From assembly GCA_020536535.1 (NCBI GenBank), contig JAHLWZ010000406.1, positions 62,001-126,000 on the forward strand: DNA of 64,000 nucleotides, in the 5' to 3' direction. How positions within the stretch are numbered: position 1 is the stretch's first letter; every line of letters begins with the position of its first letter. The position numbers were made by a program, and so were the translations under genes. Below are positions 26,063 through 36,976 of this stretch, in pieces. The notes below the pieces were generated by a model. That model searched no databases, had not been told where the DNA came from, and saw nothing but the letters and a program-made list of their open reading frames with translations. Origin of the DNA: Pelomyxa schiedti. Taxonomy: Eukaryota; Protista; Evosea.

Positions 26063-28099
26063 TTATTGATTTAGCTCAGCGTTAATTTCTGCTATCCATT
26101 CATTCAAAATTCCTTCTTCCTGCTGACGTGCTTTTACAACCGATACTGGGTCGTTGACTGGGTCCGAGCCGTAGAAGTCAAGGTGATGTGCCTAAGGAGA
26201 ATGAGGGTTTTTTTTGCAATTTTACGGAAACTCATACTGCTTGTGGAATAATGATGCTGTACTGTTCTAGTGCTACACTGGTCTGAAGTACACCACCGGG
26301 CCACCTAGGAAAAAATAAATTTGAGGTTAGAGAGAAGATGCGGCTGTGAGTACCATGGATCAATTAGTCCATTGCTGAAAATGATTCTGGTGGAGTTGCT
26401 CCAATCGAAACGAGTTGACAATCCAAGAGGGTCTGTAGTGTCACAAGTTTTACCAGATTTCACTTAACTGGAGGAATAGATTACCAGGAGTTGCACCCCA
26501 TGTCTCCGCACAGTACTCGCAACTAAAGTAAAGTTAAGAAAATAAATTTGGTATTTGTTCAAATGCACACAGTTCCTCGTAGTCATAGGGATATGGGGGG
26601 AACATGTCTATGGAATTGGTTTCAACTAACCAAGAGTAAGAGCTCTACCTGTTACATTGTTTGTGTCAACATTGGATATAAGCTCTGTGCAACTTTGGTA
26701 GTCCCAGCTCATGGCGTTGGGGTCTCCTGTCCCACCACCACATCCAGTAAGGTCAGCACAATAAGCATCTAGCATATGTTAGGATAGGAACAAGGTGAGT
26801 GGGAAATTGCAACATTCTTCAGTGATATTGAAGCATTTGAGATCCAATGTATTGTTGTACAAAACTCCAATTGATTGCCCAAGGAGATAAGTCAAAGACC
26901 CGGTACCGAGCATAACATCACACGATACATCGATTGGCCACGCGGGTCTAAGAAGAGTCACTCAGAGCATTCTAAATAGGACGGGACGTACAGAACTGCC
27001 CCACTGTTTGGCCAGGGGTAGTCCAACATTGCTAACTGCGCATAGGCATTTTCTATCCAAAGAGCAACAAGTCTGAGAGCATCTTCTCCTTCCTCCAGAG
27101 GCGAGCAAAGGCGCAGTTGTTCAGTGATCCATTGGCGGCCATCGGGTGTGGAATCTTTGGCAATGATCTCGTTGAATGCAGAGCGAACAAGATTGGGGCA
27201 ATTCTACTATGTATAAGTCATAATGAGAAAGTTATTGAGTGTACTTGATTCTTGTGCCCAAAGTCTCTGGTGGTGACGGCAAAGTAGTCACCATTTTTGA
27301 CATCCCCAAATGTGTGATAGCGTACAGGAGCACTACCAGCGACACTAGCATGAATTATGTCAGGATACGCCACTCGCATGTAACTACTAGGACTTAGTGT
27401 GTTGAATGACAGAATAAGTTCGTACGTTACAAGTTCCCCAGCATAACTTCCTCCCCAAGCAATGATTGGCATATTTGCTGGAAGCCCGTAGAGGGTCTTG
27501 ACATACTGGATAACTGCAACGTTGTCTGCCATGGCCTTTCAGAGCAGAAAAAGGTTAGGGAGAAAGCAATGTGTCTTCGTATCACCTGTTCGATGGACAA
27601 CCGTTTTATGTTATCCCAGGTGTAAGTCTCCTCCATACTGAAAGGAAGAGATTCCCCATAGAAACGGTGCTCCACGTACTTTTTTTGTAAAAAAAGTGAA
27701 CCTTACATTTGGGAACATACAAGAATGAATGCCCCTACACGTGAAGCAACCTTTCAAAGCGGACGTAAGATACAAGTATATAAATATCACACACTTCAAA
27801 TTGGAACCCGTTGTGGTGGTAGCCTCCATAAACATCACTTTCACCGCCAGCAGTGAAAAACATAGGCCCACCTGCCCTATAGTAGTCCGCATACACCAAA
27901 AACCTCTAACAAATATAAACGATGAGAAAAAACCACAAAAAGGATAGAAGCTAACCTGCTGAAACATGCGATCGTCAGTCTCAAAATGGTCAAATATTTG
28001 TGTGTACCACAGTTCAACGGGGTCAGGGTTTGGGCCGGGCTGGGCGATAACAGAGTACAAACAACAAGCCAATAACAACGCTACACCGCAGATCTTCAT
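26063..28099 (-). CDS. Serine carboxypeptidase S28 (PRCP/DPP7-like lysosomal peptidase)
   Basis: Signal peptide; QIFDHF...FQQ|RFL; EHRFYGES; catalytic GGSYAG (Ser), IFSNGLIDP (Asp) and AHHLD (His). Confidence 0.93.
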
Positions 28100-28192
28100 T
28101 CCTTCCAACTCCCCGAGATCTCCTCTTTTTTGTGTTTGATCAAAAACAGCAAAAAAAAAAACCGATAAATCCGTTTCGATCAATTTTCTTCT

Positions 28193-29457
28193 TCAGATGT
28201 AAACGAGACTGAGAGGGCAGGTGCCACCAAAAGAACAAATGAAGGGGGAATAGACCTCCTCAAACGTATCAATGTTGATTGTGACAAGCATCCAACCTTG
28301 GGTCTAAAGAGTAAATGAGTGAGTGGGAGGTTTATTCAAGTGACAAGGGATGTGGTATCACACAGAATCTTTCATGAAAAGTCCAGTAAGGGTGCGGGAC
28401 TTGCTATCTATTGAAGTCACTTCAGATAGTGCATCAAGCCAGTCTTACATTTCGAAACCATTCAGATGGCAAAAGGAATAAGTGTTTGTTTCATCGAACC
28501 TGTTGAAAAGGCCAGTTTTGGCATTCCGGTCTTGCTGTCAAAGGTAATTATCTGTACGCTATTGAGGGCTAAGTGGAAAGAAATTGACACAGTATGACTA
28601 CTTACCCCCCATCTTTTAGTGCAAGCGCGTATATTTGGTGATTTCCTGAATCGTAGTCGAGAGAAATCACACCGTAATTGTCTTTCATATTGAAAATTAC
28701 AGCTCCGTTTGCTGCACTGAAACCCTTTATCCAGGGTATATCATTGTAATCTAATATTGCTACCTTTTTTCCCCAGTTAAAAAAGAAGGAGGGTTCCAAA
28801 CTCGCATTACCCAGAACATGTCATACTCAGGATCATAAGCTGAAACTGAATTAATATTGAACCACACGTGGTTCATTGATGGTCCCACATCTCTTATTGA
28901 AAGTTATATCGAATTCGTGAGATTTTTTTGCTTACTCTGTCTTCTTTGAGGTAGTGTCAACTCTTTTAAACTGGTAGTACGTATTATTATCCTTCCTTGG
29001 CCCAAATGCATTTATTTCCCCTCTTGTTGAGTCCCACTGAATAGCAGTCGTTGCTCCACCATATGGCAGTGGCATCTACCATGTGCAGTCATTCACCAAT
29101 AACCTAACAAGTAAGTTCCAGCGGTATCTGAAAGCATAAATTTATCAAAATTGCACGCACATAAAGTTCCCTGTTTGCAGTTGCAGTTTCATATGCCACC
29201 AGGTAAATAATTGAATTGGTGTCATTCGCCCCAACAGCGTAGACCAAATTCTGCTCTGGGTCGGCAGTTATTGACCCCTGCCCGAACGCAAGTGGCCCAA
29301 TTGGGCCCACTGCAGACACGGCGCCAGTGACTGGTGATATCTGGTACAGATTCGGCTGCTCAGGCATCAACCCATACAGCTGAGCACATTGACCCAGGCC
29401 AATCACCACAACAAACCAAACGCCAACGACTACGAAAGATGTCCCGCCAACCGCCAT
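28193..29457 (-). CDS. Secreted hypothetical protein, beta-propeller-like
   Basis: Hydrophobic N-terminus followed by beta-rich blades (LYQISPVTGAVSAVG, ADPEQNLVYAVG, AYDPEYDMFW, LDYDSGNHQIYALA). Multi-exon, ending ...CPLSLVYI*. Confidence 0.65.
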
Positions 29458-29670
29458 CAACAGTTTTGCTGATTTTAATTTATCGAACAACAACAAGCCA
29501 GAATAAAGATATCCATTCCCCACTTTAGGCAAAATTGGGCTACGGACTCAACAGTGGACGCTGGGGGCAAACATTTTTTGGCGGTTGTCCTCGCGGACTT
29601 CCCAGAAAAACTTAAACAAAACGGGAAGGTCGGTGTGTGTTTTTTTTTCTTCTTTGCCCGATAGGTACCT

Positions 29671-29769
29671 CTTTCACCACCTTCCTGCGGGTAGTGACGT
29701 GGGCCATTGTGGCGACAAGTGAATGTACAGTCGTGTGCCCCCTAGACCGGTGTTACCGGATATGCGACA
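29671..29769 (-). repeat. Intergenic ~99-bp module, copy C (inverted)
   Basis: Its reverse complement TGTCGCATATCCGGTAACACCGGTCTAGGGGGCACAC...CAATGGCCCACGTCACTACCCGCAG aligns without gaps to copies A and B. Confidence 0.85.
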
Positions 29770-29970
29770 CTAGAAGAAGAAAAAAAAATGTTTTTTTTCC
29801 CTTAAACACCCATCAATGCCTCCCCTACACTCACACTTCAGAGCCTGGGAAACAACACTCGTGCAGGTAATCGTCGGCTGCACAAGGGGAAGGCTCGTGC
29901 CGCTTCAGGAGCCACTGTCCCTCTGATGGCAACTTTCCAGAAAACCAGGTTTATTTGTTTCCTCTTTGAC

Positions 29971-30069
29971 TGTCGCAAATCCGGCACCACCGGCTTTGGG
30001 GGCAAACTACTCCTCTTGTACCCGCGATCACAACGGGCCACGTCACGGATCACAGTTTGCAGCCCGAGG
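29971..30069 (+). repeat. Intergenic ~99-bp module, copy A
   Basis: TGTCGCAAATCCGGCACCACCGGCTTTGGGGGCAAAC...CAACGGGCCACGTCACGGATCACAGTTTG. Confidence 0.85.
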
Positions 30070-30282
30070 AGTCTCGGTCAGGGAAAAGGAAAGAAAAAAG
30101 CATTTTTTTTTCGCTAACATCAGATCACCCAATCACTCGTAGCCGGAGGAAGTGAAGCACCCAAGCCCTCTGCGTTCAGATGCACGTGCACTCTCATTTC
30201 ATGCATTGCGCCTCCCAGCTCCTCAAGTCTCAAGCTGGACTGTGATTGTAGCGGAAGCAGACCTTTTTTTTTCCTCTTCAGG

Positions 30283-30381
30283 TGTCGCAAATCCGGCATC
30301 ACCGGTCATGGGGGCAAACAGCTCCGCTTTGAGATGCGAATACAATGCCCCACGTCACCACCCACAGTTTGGTGTCCTCGG
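30283..30381 (+). repeat. Intergenic ~99-bp module, copy B
   Basis: TGTCGCAAATCCGGCATCACCGGTCATGGGGGCAAAC...CAATGCCCCACGTCACCACCCACAGTTTG; 26 mismatches in 99 nt versus copy A (hand count), no gaps. Confidence 0.85.
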
Positions 30382-30599
30382 CTAGACCCGAGAACCTTTC
30401 ACCGAACAGATCTAGCCTGAGGCTCAGTTCCGGACTTAGACTTTTAGGTTAAGAGCTTTCTATTGGTAAGTCTATTGGATAGATGTCTTTCCGGACACTT
30501 CTAAGAGTTTTTTTGCCCCCAGTGGGCAATGGATATGTTTCACAAGTTTATTTAAATGTATTACATGGTTGTATGGATACAAGGGACTTTCCGGCACAG

Positions 30600-32030
30600 T
30601 CACGGATAAGACGAAAACAGTGAGTCCAAGTCCGGCAAGTCGGAATCGCCCGGCATGTACTCAAGTGATGGTTGAAGAAGGGGTGGCTGTTGTCCCTGGA
30701 GTTGGACATGCATCGGTGGTGGGAGCAAGTGGGGATCCTGGTCATAAGCAGCAGGCGGGTGGGACGGCACATTTGCGGGATACAGGTGGGGGTGTTCATG
30801 CAACGTTGTGGATGGCTGCAGTTGTACCTGCATCGGTGGTGGTAGTGGTAGTGAGAGCAAGTGGGGAGCCTGGCCATAAGCAGGCATCTGTAGTGGAAAG
30901 AGATTCTCGCCGGGGCTGATGCTCATTTGGGAGTAGTTGCCGGCTTGTTGATTGTCAGGTAGGGATGGAGAGCCAACAGAGAAAGAGGAAACAGAAGGTT
31001 GATCCGGGAGTGCGTTGTAAGGTGGGGATACATAGGATCCCAAAGCTTGATAAGACGTGGATGCAGCTGCAGTGCCAACACCAGTAGGAAGAACGGCTGG
31101 AGGAACAGAAGGGCCATTGTCATAGTCGCGGCTGGGGGTTTGGGTGTTCCAAGCACTCAGAGTCTGGCTGCTTGTAGTCGTCTGGACATCCGTCTCGGTT
31201 GGAGGTGATGTATCTAGTATCTTCGATCAGAGAGAATTTAACTCAACTAAAAACGTACGAAGGACATATGGGGAGAAGAACCACTCTCTGCCAACTTGGA
31301 CAAGAAATCTGAGGGTAAGATTTCCCTCAGACACACGCTTGTTGCCGCGTTTGGTGACATTAACGAGACAGAATGATGCTGTACCTACTGTTGCCTAAGT
31401 GGAAAAAATGAAGAATGAAGAAATATACCAGACGCAGGGATATACCAAGAGCAGAACACCTCCCCCTCTGTCACAAGAGGATCCATCGCAATACCAGTAA
31501 CAGTGGGTGCCGGCCAACGTTCCAAGTCGCGGGGAGCCCTGGGCCTCAGGCCATATTCTCTCAGGCCAGAGTTTATACGTACACAGCCATAATCCAGTAA
31601 CATCTGATGGACGACGCCAGGCTGGTGGTAAGTTGTGTGTGTCGTACTAGTAAAGGGTCAAAAAATAAATAAATAAAATAAACCACGAACAAATGTTTTC
31701 GAAAAAGGAAAAACAAACCTGGTGGTTTGGCGGTCGCTTCTTCGCGATAACATTTTAGTAGCCGATGGTGTAGGTTTTGATATGTGTTGTTTTTTTTTTT
31801 TTGTGTGTGTGGTGTATTTTGTTCGTCGTGTTTAAAAGCTTGTAAACCGCTCTCCGTTCGCCGTAGCCCTTTTCGCTTATGTCACCAAACACAGTAGCAG
31901 AGATTTGGCGACAATCATATGACTGACTCGGGGGGGACGAAATGATAGCCGCATACAATACCAACACAACCCCAATGTTGTCCCTGAGTTTATTTTCTTG
32001 CTTTGAGCGCAGAACCCCCACAATAGACAT
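30600..32030 (-). CDS. Hypothetical protein with beta-rich N-terminal region and Pro/Gln/Ser-rich acidic-ended tail; possible transcription factor
   Basis: Exons from ORF 31385-31603, the 31265-31385 segment and ORF 30600-31043 splice in frame (...WYIPAS|GTASFCLVNVTKRGNKRVSEGNLTLRFLVQVG...|...DSDLPDLDSLFSSYP*). The 5' exon(s) are uncertain. Confidence 0.5.
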
Positions 32031-32285
32031 CAGAGGCCTTTTCGCCTAACCCTGTGTTGTCTGTTGGTGAAACCCAAGTTAAAGACGGGACTTGGGCGCG
32101 CGGAGGTGTGTCTTTTTCGAAACAAACCCCCCTTTGCGCGATGACGTTCGTGCAAACTAACAACAGGTGGTCATTGAGAGAACGAGTCACTCCTGAATCT
32201 CACTCGGCCAAGAACAGGGCCGGGTCTTGAAAGATCTGGCAAACAATTTTTTGATTCAATCGTCGGGCTGCGTACAGGCGTGTGG

Positions 32286-33435
32286 ATGACGAGTGCCGAC
32301 GTGGGGGTTTCTCAGTCCCGCGACAGCGTATGTTCCTCAGTTGTTGACTATTGGGTGTCTAACTCACTGACTTGTTTTTTGGGGTACTGTTTTTTTTTTT
32401 TTTTTTTTTTCCCCTCGTAGGTGTGGCAGCTGCCTCAACAAACGAATCAGGTGCCACAACACTTTTCAAATGACGAGGAGGAACGATACAAAGGTTTGCA
32501 CCCTTTTTTTTTTCCCCCTCCAGTGCTCACGTGGGCAATTTTAAGCATTGTTGGGGAAGGAAGAAGAAAACCTCACGGAAGAGGAGAGGGATTTCATGAA
32601 ACGACACCAAAAGTTCTTTCAAGCTCACTTGGCACTTACCTTAACATTACATAACAGGTTACTTCGGAACAGAGAGGCAGCACAGTTATTTAGAGCACGG
32701 CAGCGGCAGCACTATACTGTGTCTTCCATTCGTTCATGGCTTTATTTGTTCTTATTAAATCAGGAACTAAAAACTCGTTGTAATGGCTTGGAGTACCTTA
32801 CAGCGAGCATGAGAGAAAAAATATCTGAAAAAGAGTCCGAAAATATGCAAATAAGAGATCAATTAGCGTACCTCCGGCAATTTATTAAAGAAGTACTGCT
32901 GCTCTTCAGAAACAAAATTTCTGACTTTTTTCAGGCTGTTGACTACTCGTGTCAATTCGCTTCCATGTCTTCCTCTGGATTCTCTAACAATTTTGTTCAC
33001 CAGGCCACAGCCCCTGTTTTCACTGCATCTGCGGCAGTAAGTGCTGCCGCATTCGTAATGCAGCGACCCACCACATCAGCACATGCACCCACAGTACCCC
33101 CACCCATGGCTAACACTCAGTATTCCCTACAGCAACCGATATTTGCCCCACCGCCACACCCAACCCCACAATACACACCCACAAACTACCCTCCCTCTCA
33201 AGCTCCGCAAACCTACACCGCAACAACAGGGGCAACAGGCACCTCCCAAATATACAACCCACAACCAGCACCAACCTACCCCCCGCAAACCCCACCCTCT
33301 GCACAATATCCTGACTACAATTCTAGCCAAACCCAACACCAGCCCCTACCCCTACTTCAACAACAAAGCTACAGCAACACCTCACCTACTTTCGGCTCAC
33401 CGTTACTAATGCCTGCTCTCAACACCAACATATGA
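32286..33435 (+). CDS. bZIP transcription factor, CREB/ATF-like (Dictyostelium BzpF-like)
   Basis: Spliced KRHQK|LLRNREAAQLFRARQRQHYT|ELKTRC...ENMQIRDQLAYLRQFIKE|AV. The NREAAQLFR basic region and zipper end resemble BzpF as I recall it. P/Q/T-rich tail. Confidence 0.88.
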
Positions 33436-33708
33436 CCCATGCCTTAACTCTCTCCACATTCATTCTCAATCCTCTTTTCTGTGTATCCTGTTGTAATCCT
33501 TGTAAAAAAAAAAAAAAAGCAAAACAGCAAAGCCTGTCACATTGTGAGAAATTTCTGTTTTTTTCTAACTGGCTTGCTTTTCCAACCGAAAAGCCCTTCG
33601 TGACAACAGTTCCCTGCTTTATTGGTTATCTGGCGTTGAACAACGACGAAGACAAGAAAACGCACAAACAAGAAAAAGAAAAAAAGAAACCGATCAACCA
33701 ACAGCACA

Positions 33709-34977
33709 ATGGCCACCCGCGAACACTTCAACATCGACATCTTCGACACTGCTTCCGATTCCCACGACGATGCTTCGTGCGGCCGTCTGTTGCCGGCGCG
33801 ACTTACGGCGCGCGACCAGTTCCTCGCTCTCGCGGCGTCGTCGCTCCCTCGCTGCGGCCGCCGGAGCCCCGCGAGGCACCTATCGCTGGCGTGCGCGCCG
33901 ATGCTGCGGGCATTATGGGACTGGTGCACGGCGACCGAGCGCGGCGCCCTGGTCGACGTCACCATGCGCACCGCCCGCGGCGTCGCGTGCGCGCGGCTCG
34001 CGATCGGCGTATCCCACGTGCTCGCCAGCCTCACGTCTGTTGCGGAGAGGCACTCTGTGGAGCCGCTGCAGGGCGCAGTTTCTAAATTGTGGGTGGACCC
34101 CGACCGCTACTTGGCGCAGGTTGGGGACTCGAATCCTACTACTTTCTCGTATAGGCTCAGGGACCGCTTTGGCAGCCCGGAGCGGGACTTGATTGATGCG
34201 GCAGTGAGGATGAAGTGCGCCACGTGCGAGAGATGGTGCGTGGTGTGCGGCTCCGGAGTGGCGGCGATGCAGATAGTCATACTTGCGCTTGCTCCTCAGC
34301 TGCGAGAAGCTTGTTGTGCTCTGGGCGGCGTGGAGCAAACTACAATCACAGTTCCTGCGGTAGATCGCTGGGAACATATTCAGTGCGTCGTTTTTAACAA
34401 GTCTAACCCAAACGAAGTCATGCTTGCAATAGCCTCAACTAACAGAATGGTAACCAAATCCTCTGTTTTCTCCTTCGTGTTCTTCGATGTGTCACAGACA
34501 TTTATGGCAAAATGTCTTGTGGAGACACGGCAGAAAATTGAAGGTGACTTCCCTTCCTTGAAAGTCATCAAATGCGCATTACTTATGAAGCAAAAATCTG
34601 GTGAGCCCATGTTGATTGTTCAAGACTGCTTGTTTCAGGTTTTTAAGATTACTGCCAACCCTGCAAAGGTGGAACTCTTTGCTGAATCAACTGACAGCTT
34701 GGTTCAAGTTAGTCACACCTCACTTTTCTGTATAGGTTACACTTCCCATTACGAGCTATGGGACTGCAATGAAAGACAACAACCACTGCGGATTATTCAC
34801 TTCAATGGCCCCTACACAAAAATCGAAGGAGATGCCAGTGGATTACTCCTTATAACACACAAAAACAGCAAGAAAAGGTGTAACAAGGTTGAACTCATCG
34901 AGCCAATAACAGGCACTGTTGTTCTACAGCTAGATGTGGAATACCGCTCCAAAGTACAAATATTCTCCTTCTATTAA
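33709..34977 (+). CDS. Intronless 422-aa member of a lineage-expanded hypothetical family (ARDQFLALA...PRCG..SPA N-terminal motif)
   Basis: Uninterrupted ORF in an otherwise intron-rich locus; GC-rich 5' half and AT-rich, beta-rich 3' half (SLFCIG...YELWDCN...PLRII). Confidence 0.75.
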   Translation: MATREHFNIDIFDTASDSHDDASCGRLLPARLTARDQFLALAASSLPRCGRRSPARHLSLACAPMLRALWDWCTATERGALVDVTMRTARGVACARLAIGVSHVLASLTSVAERHSVEPLQGAVSKLWVDPDRYLAQVGDSNPTTFSYRLRDRFGSPERDLIDAAVRMKCATCERWCVVCGSGVAAMQIVILALAPQLREACCALGGVEQTTITVPAVDRWEHIQCVVFNKSNPNEVMLAIASTNRMVTKSSVFSFVFFDVSQTFMAKCLVETRQKIEGDFPSLKVIKCALLMKQKSGEPMLIVQDCLFQVFKITANPAKVELFAESTDSLVQVSHTSLFCIGYTSHYELWDCNERQQPLRIIHFNGPYTKIEGDASGLLLITHKNSKKRCNKVELIEPITGTVVLQLDVEYRSKVQIFSFY

Positions 34978-35141
34978 CATTCCATTCCATTACAATCACA
35001 GTCCCACCCAGCACCCCCAGTGCATCAAATGATCACAAATCTGTACCACCAAACATGCACATTCTTCTCACACCACAGCCTACCAAAAACGAAAAACCTC
35101 TCCAAAAAGAACAAAAAAAATAATTTCGTGATTCATCGCCC

Positions 35142-36883
35142 ATGGGCCAAGGTGGCTCGTCTTCGTCGTCCACACCACCCGTGGTGGACACCCACAACAA
35201 GCCGCCCACAGCAACGCCAACGGCAGAAAACAGCAGAAGGAGCCGCTGGTGGCTGCTGGGGGGGGGAGGAGGAGCGGCCCGGCAGCAGGAGACGGCAGCG
35301 GCAGCGGCAGCGGCAGGGGGAGCGGGGACGGCGGCGGCGGCCAGGCGGGGGGGCCGCGTGGGGCTGAGGAGGGCGGCGGGCGCGGGCGTGGTTGCGGCCG
35401 CGGTCGCCGCCGTGGTCGCCGCGTCCCGCGCCGCCAAGCGCAGGAGGACGGCGGCGGCCCCGAGGGAGGACGACGCGGACGAGGAGGACGAGCACGACGA
35501 GGACGAGCGCGAGCCGGGGAGGGGCGGCCGCAAGACTGGCGAGGCTGGAGATGGCGGAGAGGAGGAGGAGGATGAGGAGCAACAAACAACGAACCCGGGA
35601 AGGCTGGACGAGCTCAACAAGGAGTGCAAGGCCATATTGGGAGCTGATACTTATGACGGAATGAGGTACACTTACATTTACTCTTGGACCTCGCACTTGC
35701 ACTTCAAGCAATCTCTTCCCTTATTGAAACGAAAAATAAAAAAATGATCAGTGACGGCTGGTATCTTCCTAACTTGAACAAATTGAAGGTGTGAGTTCAC
35801 CAAGCAACTGTTTGGAGGAGACCTTCTTGTGACACATCTCTTGAATATTAATGGTCGCAGGCCCATTAAGATATGTGGCAATATTGAATATCCTGAGGGT
35901 TACATATTTGCCACTCAGTGGACCCCAAGTACAGTGAGTAAATTCCCCCTTTTTTTCTTATTTGTTCTATTTTATGTTGACAACTCTTTTTTTTTCCCTT
36001 CCAGAGCATATCTATGACTGGAAGAGTAGATAATAAAAAGGTAGTGTTTGGCTCTGTGGCCTATTCACCCTTCAAATGGTTACAAGGACGAGTGGCAGCT
36101 GAGGTACAACCGTCCTGATCTATCAGTATCACCTAAATAAACAATTCAGGCCTACCCAGATGGAAGGCCCACACACTCTTCTGTGGATTTGCACTTGATA
36201 CGGCCTGCCTCAACTTCTTACCTCAAAGTCCATACAGGCCGGATGATGTCTATAGGGCATCTCCATGTTGACTTTGAACTTCTGTATTTTTCTCATCAAC
36301 TAACTTGCTCCCAACAGGCTGTGACTCCCAGATTGTCAGTTGCTTGTGAAAACCTCTTCTCGGGAAGAAATGCCATTAATGCATTTACTCTAGCATTTAG
36401 GTAACTTAGCCAATACCACACTCTGAGCCTACAACCTTCTCAGGTATGCTCGGGATTTTGCAACAATGTCTGGCCTCTGGGTACTTAAGCGTGGAGTTGA
36501 CTTGTCCTACGCCTATCAGCTAACTCCCACCATTTCCGCCGCTTCTCAATTAGTGGTATGAACATGAACTGCCTGCTCTTTCAATCAACTCACTCCCCGT
36601 TCCACAACCAGGTTAAAAGGAATCCGACCAGTGGCCGGTATGAAACAACGGCAGTCGCCGGTTGGGAGTACCGATTTGCGGACTCTCTTGTCAAGGTATT
36701 TTTGCCACAAATACAAAATACAAAATGTTTACAAACGAACAGGGAAAAATAAACAACAAACTGGGATTAACCATGGTGGTGGAGGAACCCCTTGGTGAGA
36801 CTGTCAAGTTGAACCTGTGTGCTGAAGCGGACTTCAGAAGGCACACTTATGGATGGGGAATGGGAATGCAACTCGATAGTTGA
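35142..36883 (+). CDS. TOM40: Mitochondrial/MRO outer-membrane translocase Tom40 (Porin_3 beta-barrel), divergent
   Basis: NPGRLDELNKECK N-helix, LMTGRVDN, AVTPRLSVACE, TTAVAGWEYRF...VK|GKINN...VVEEPL, and a C-terminal beta-signal-like YGWGMGMQL. Confidence 0.85.
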
Positions 36884-36976
36884 AAAATAAAACCCAGTGG
36901 AACAAAAAAATGTGGGGCTTGCTTATGTTACAAAGACAATAAAGGATAGAGTCGCAACTGAATTCCAGCAAAAAAA

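Noticed and set aside
29971-30381. Triplicated module as H/ACA snoRNA, tRNA or snRNA
   Set aside because: An ANANNA box is absent at the equivalent position in copy B and ACA is absent in copy C. The hairpins are too short, and there is no cloverleaf, A/B box or U-snRNA signature.
32380-32412. Long poly-T/poly-A runs as Pol III terminators or retroposon tails
   Set aside because: Such runs occur throughout introns and intergenic DNA, with no associated RNA gene or target-site duplication.
32548-33435. HAC1/XBP1-style IRE1 unconventional intron in the bZIP gene
   Set aside because: The introns are ordinary GT-AG and frame-preserving, and no paired CNGCAG/CNGNNG stem-loops were identified.
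35033-35711. Several long overlapping ORFs on both strands (likewise 17823-18667, 33537-34377, 45734-46420, 56210-56800)
   Set aside because: Stop-poor GC-rich or low-complexity exons create spurious alternate-frame ORFs with no recognisable domains.
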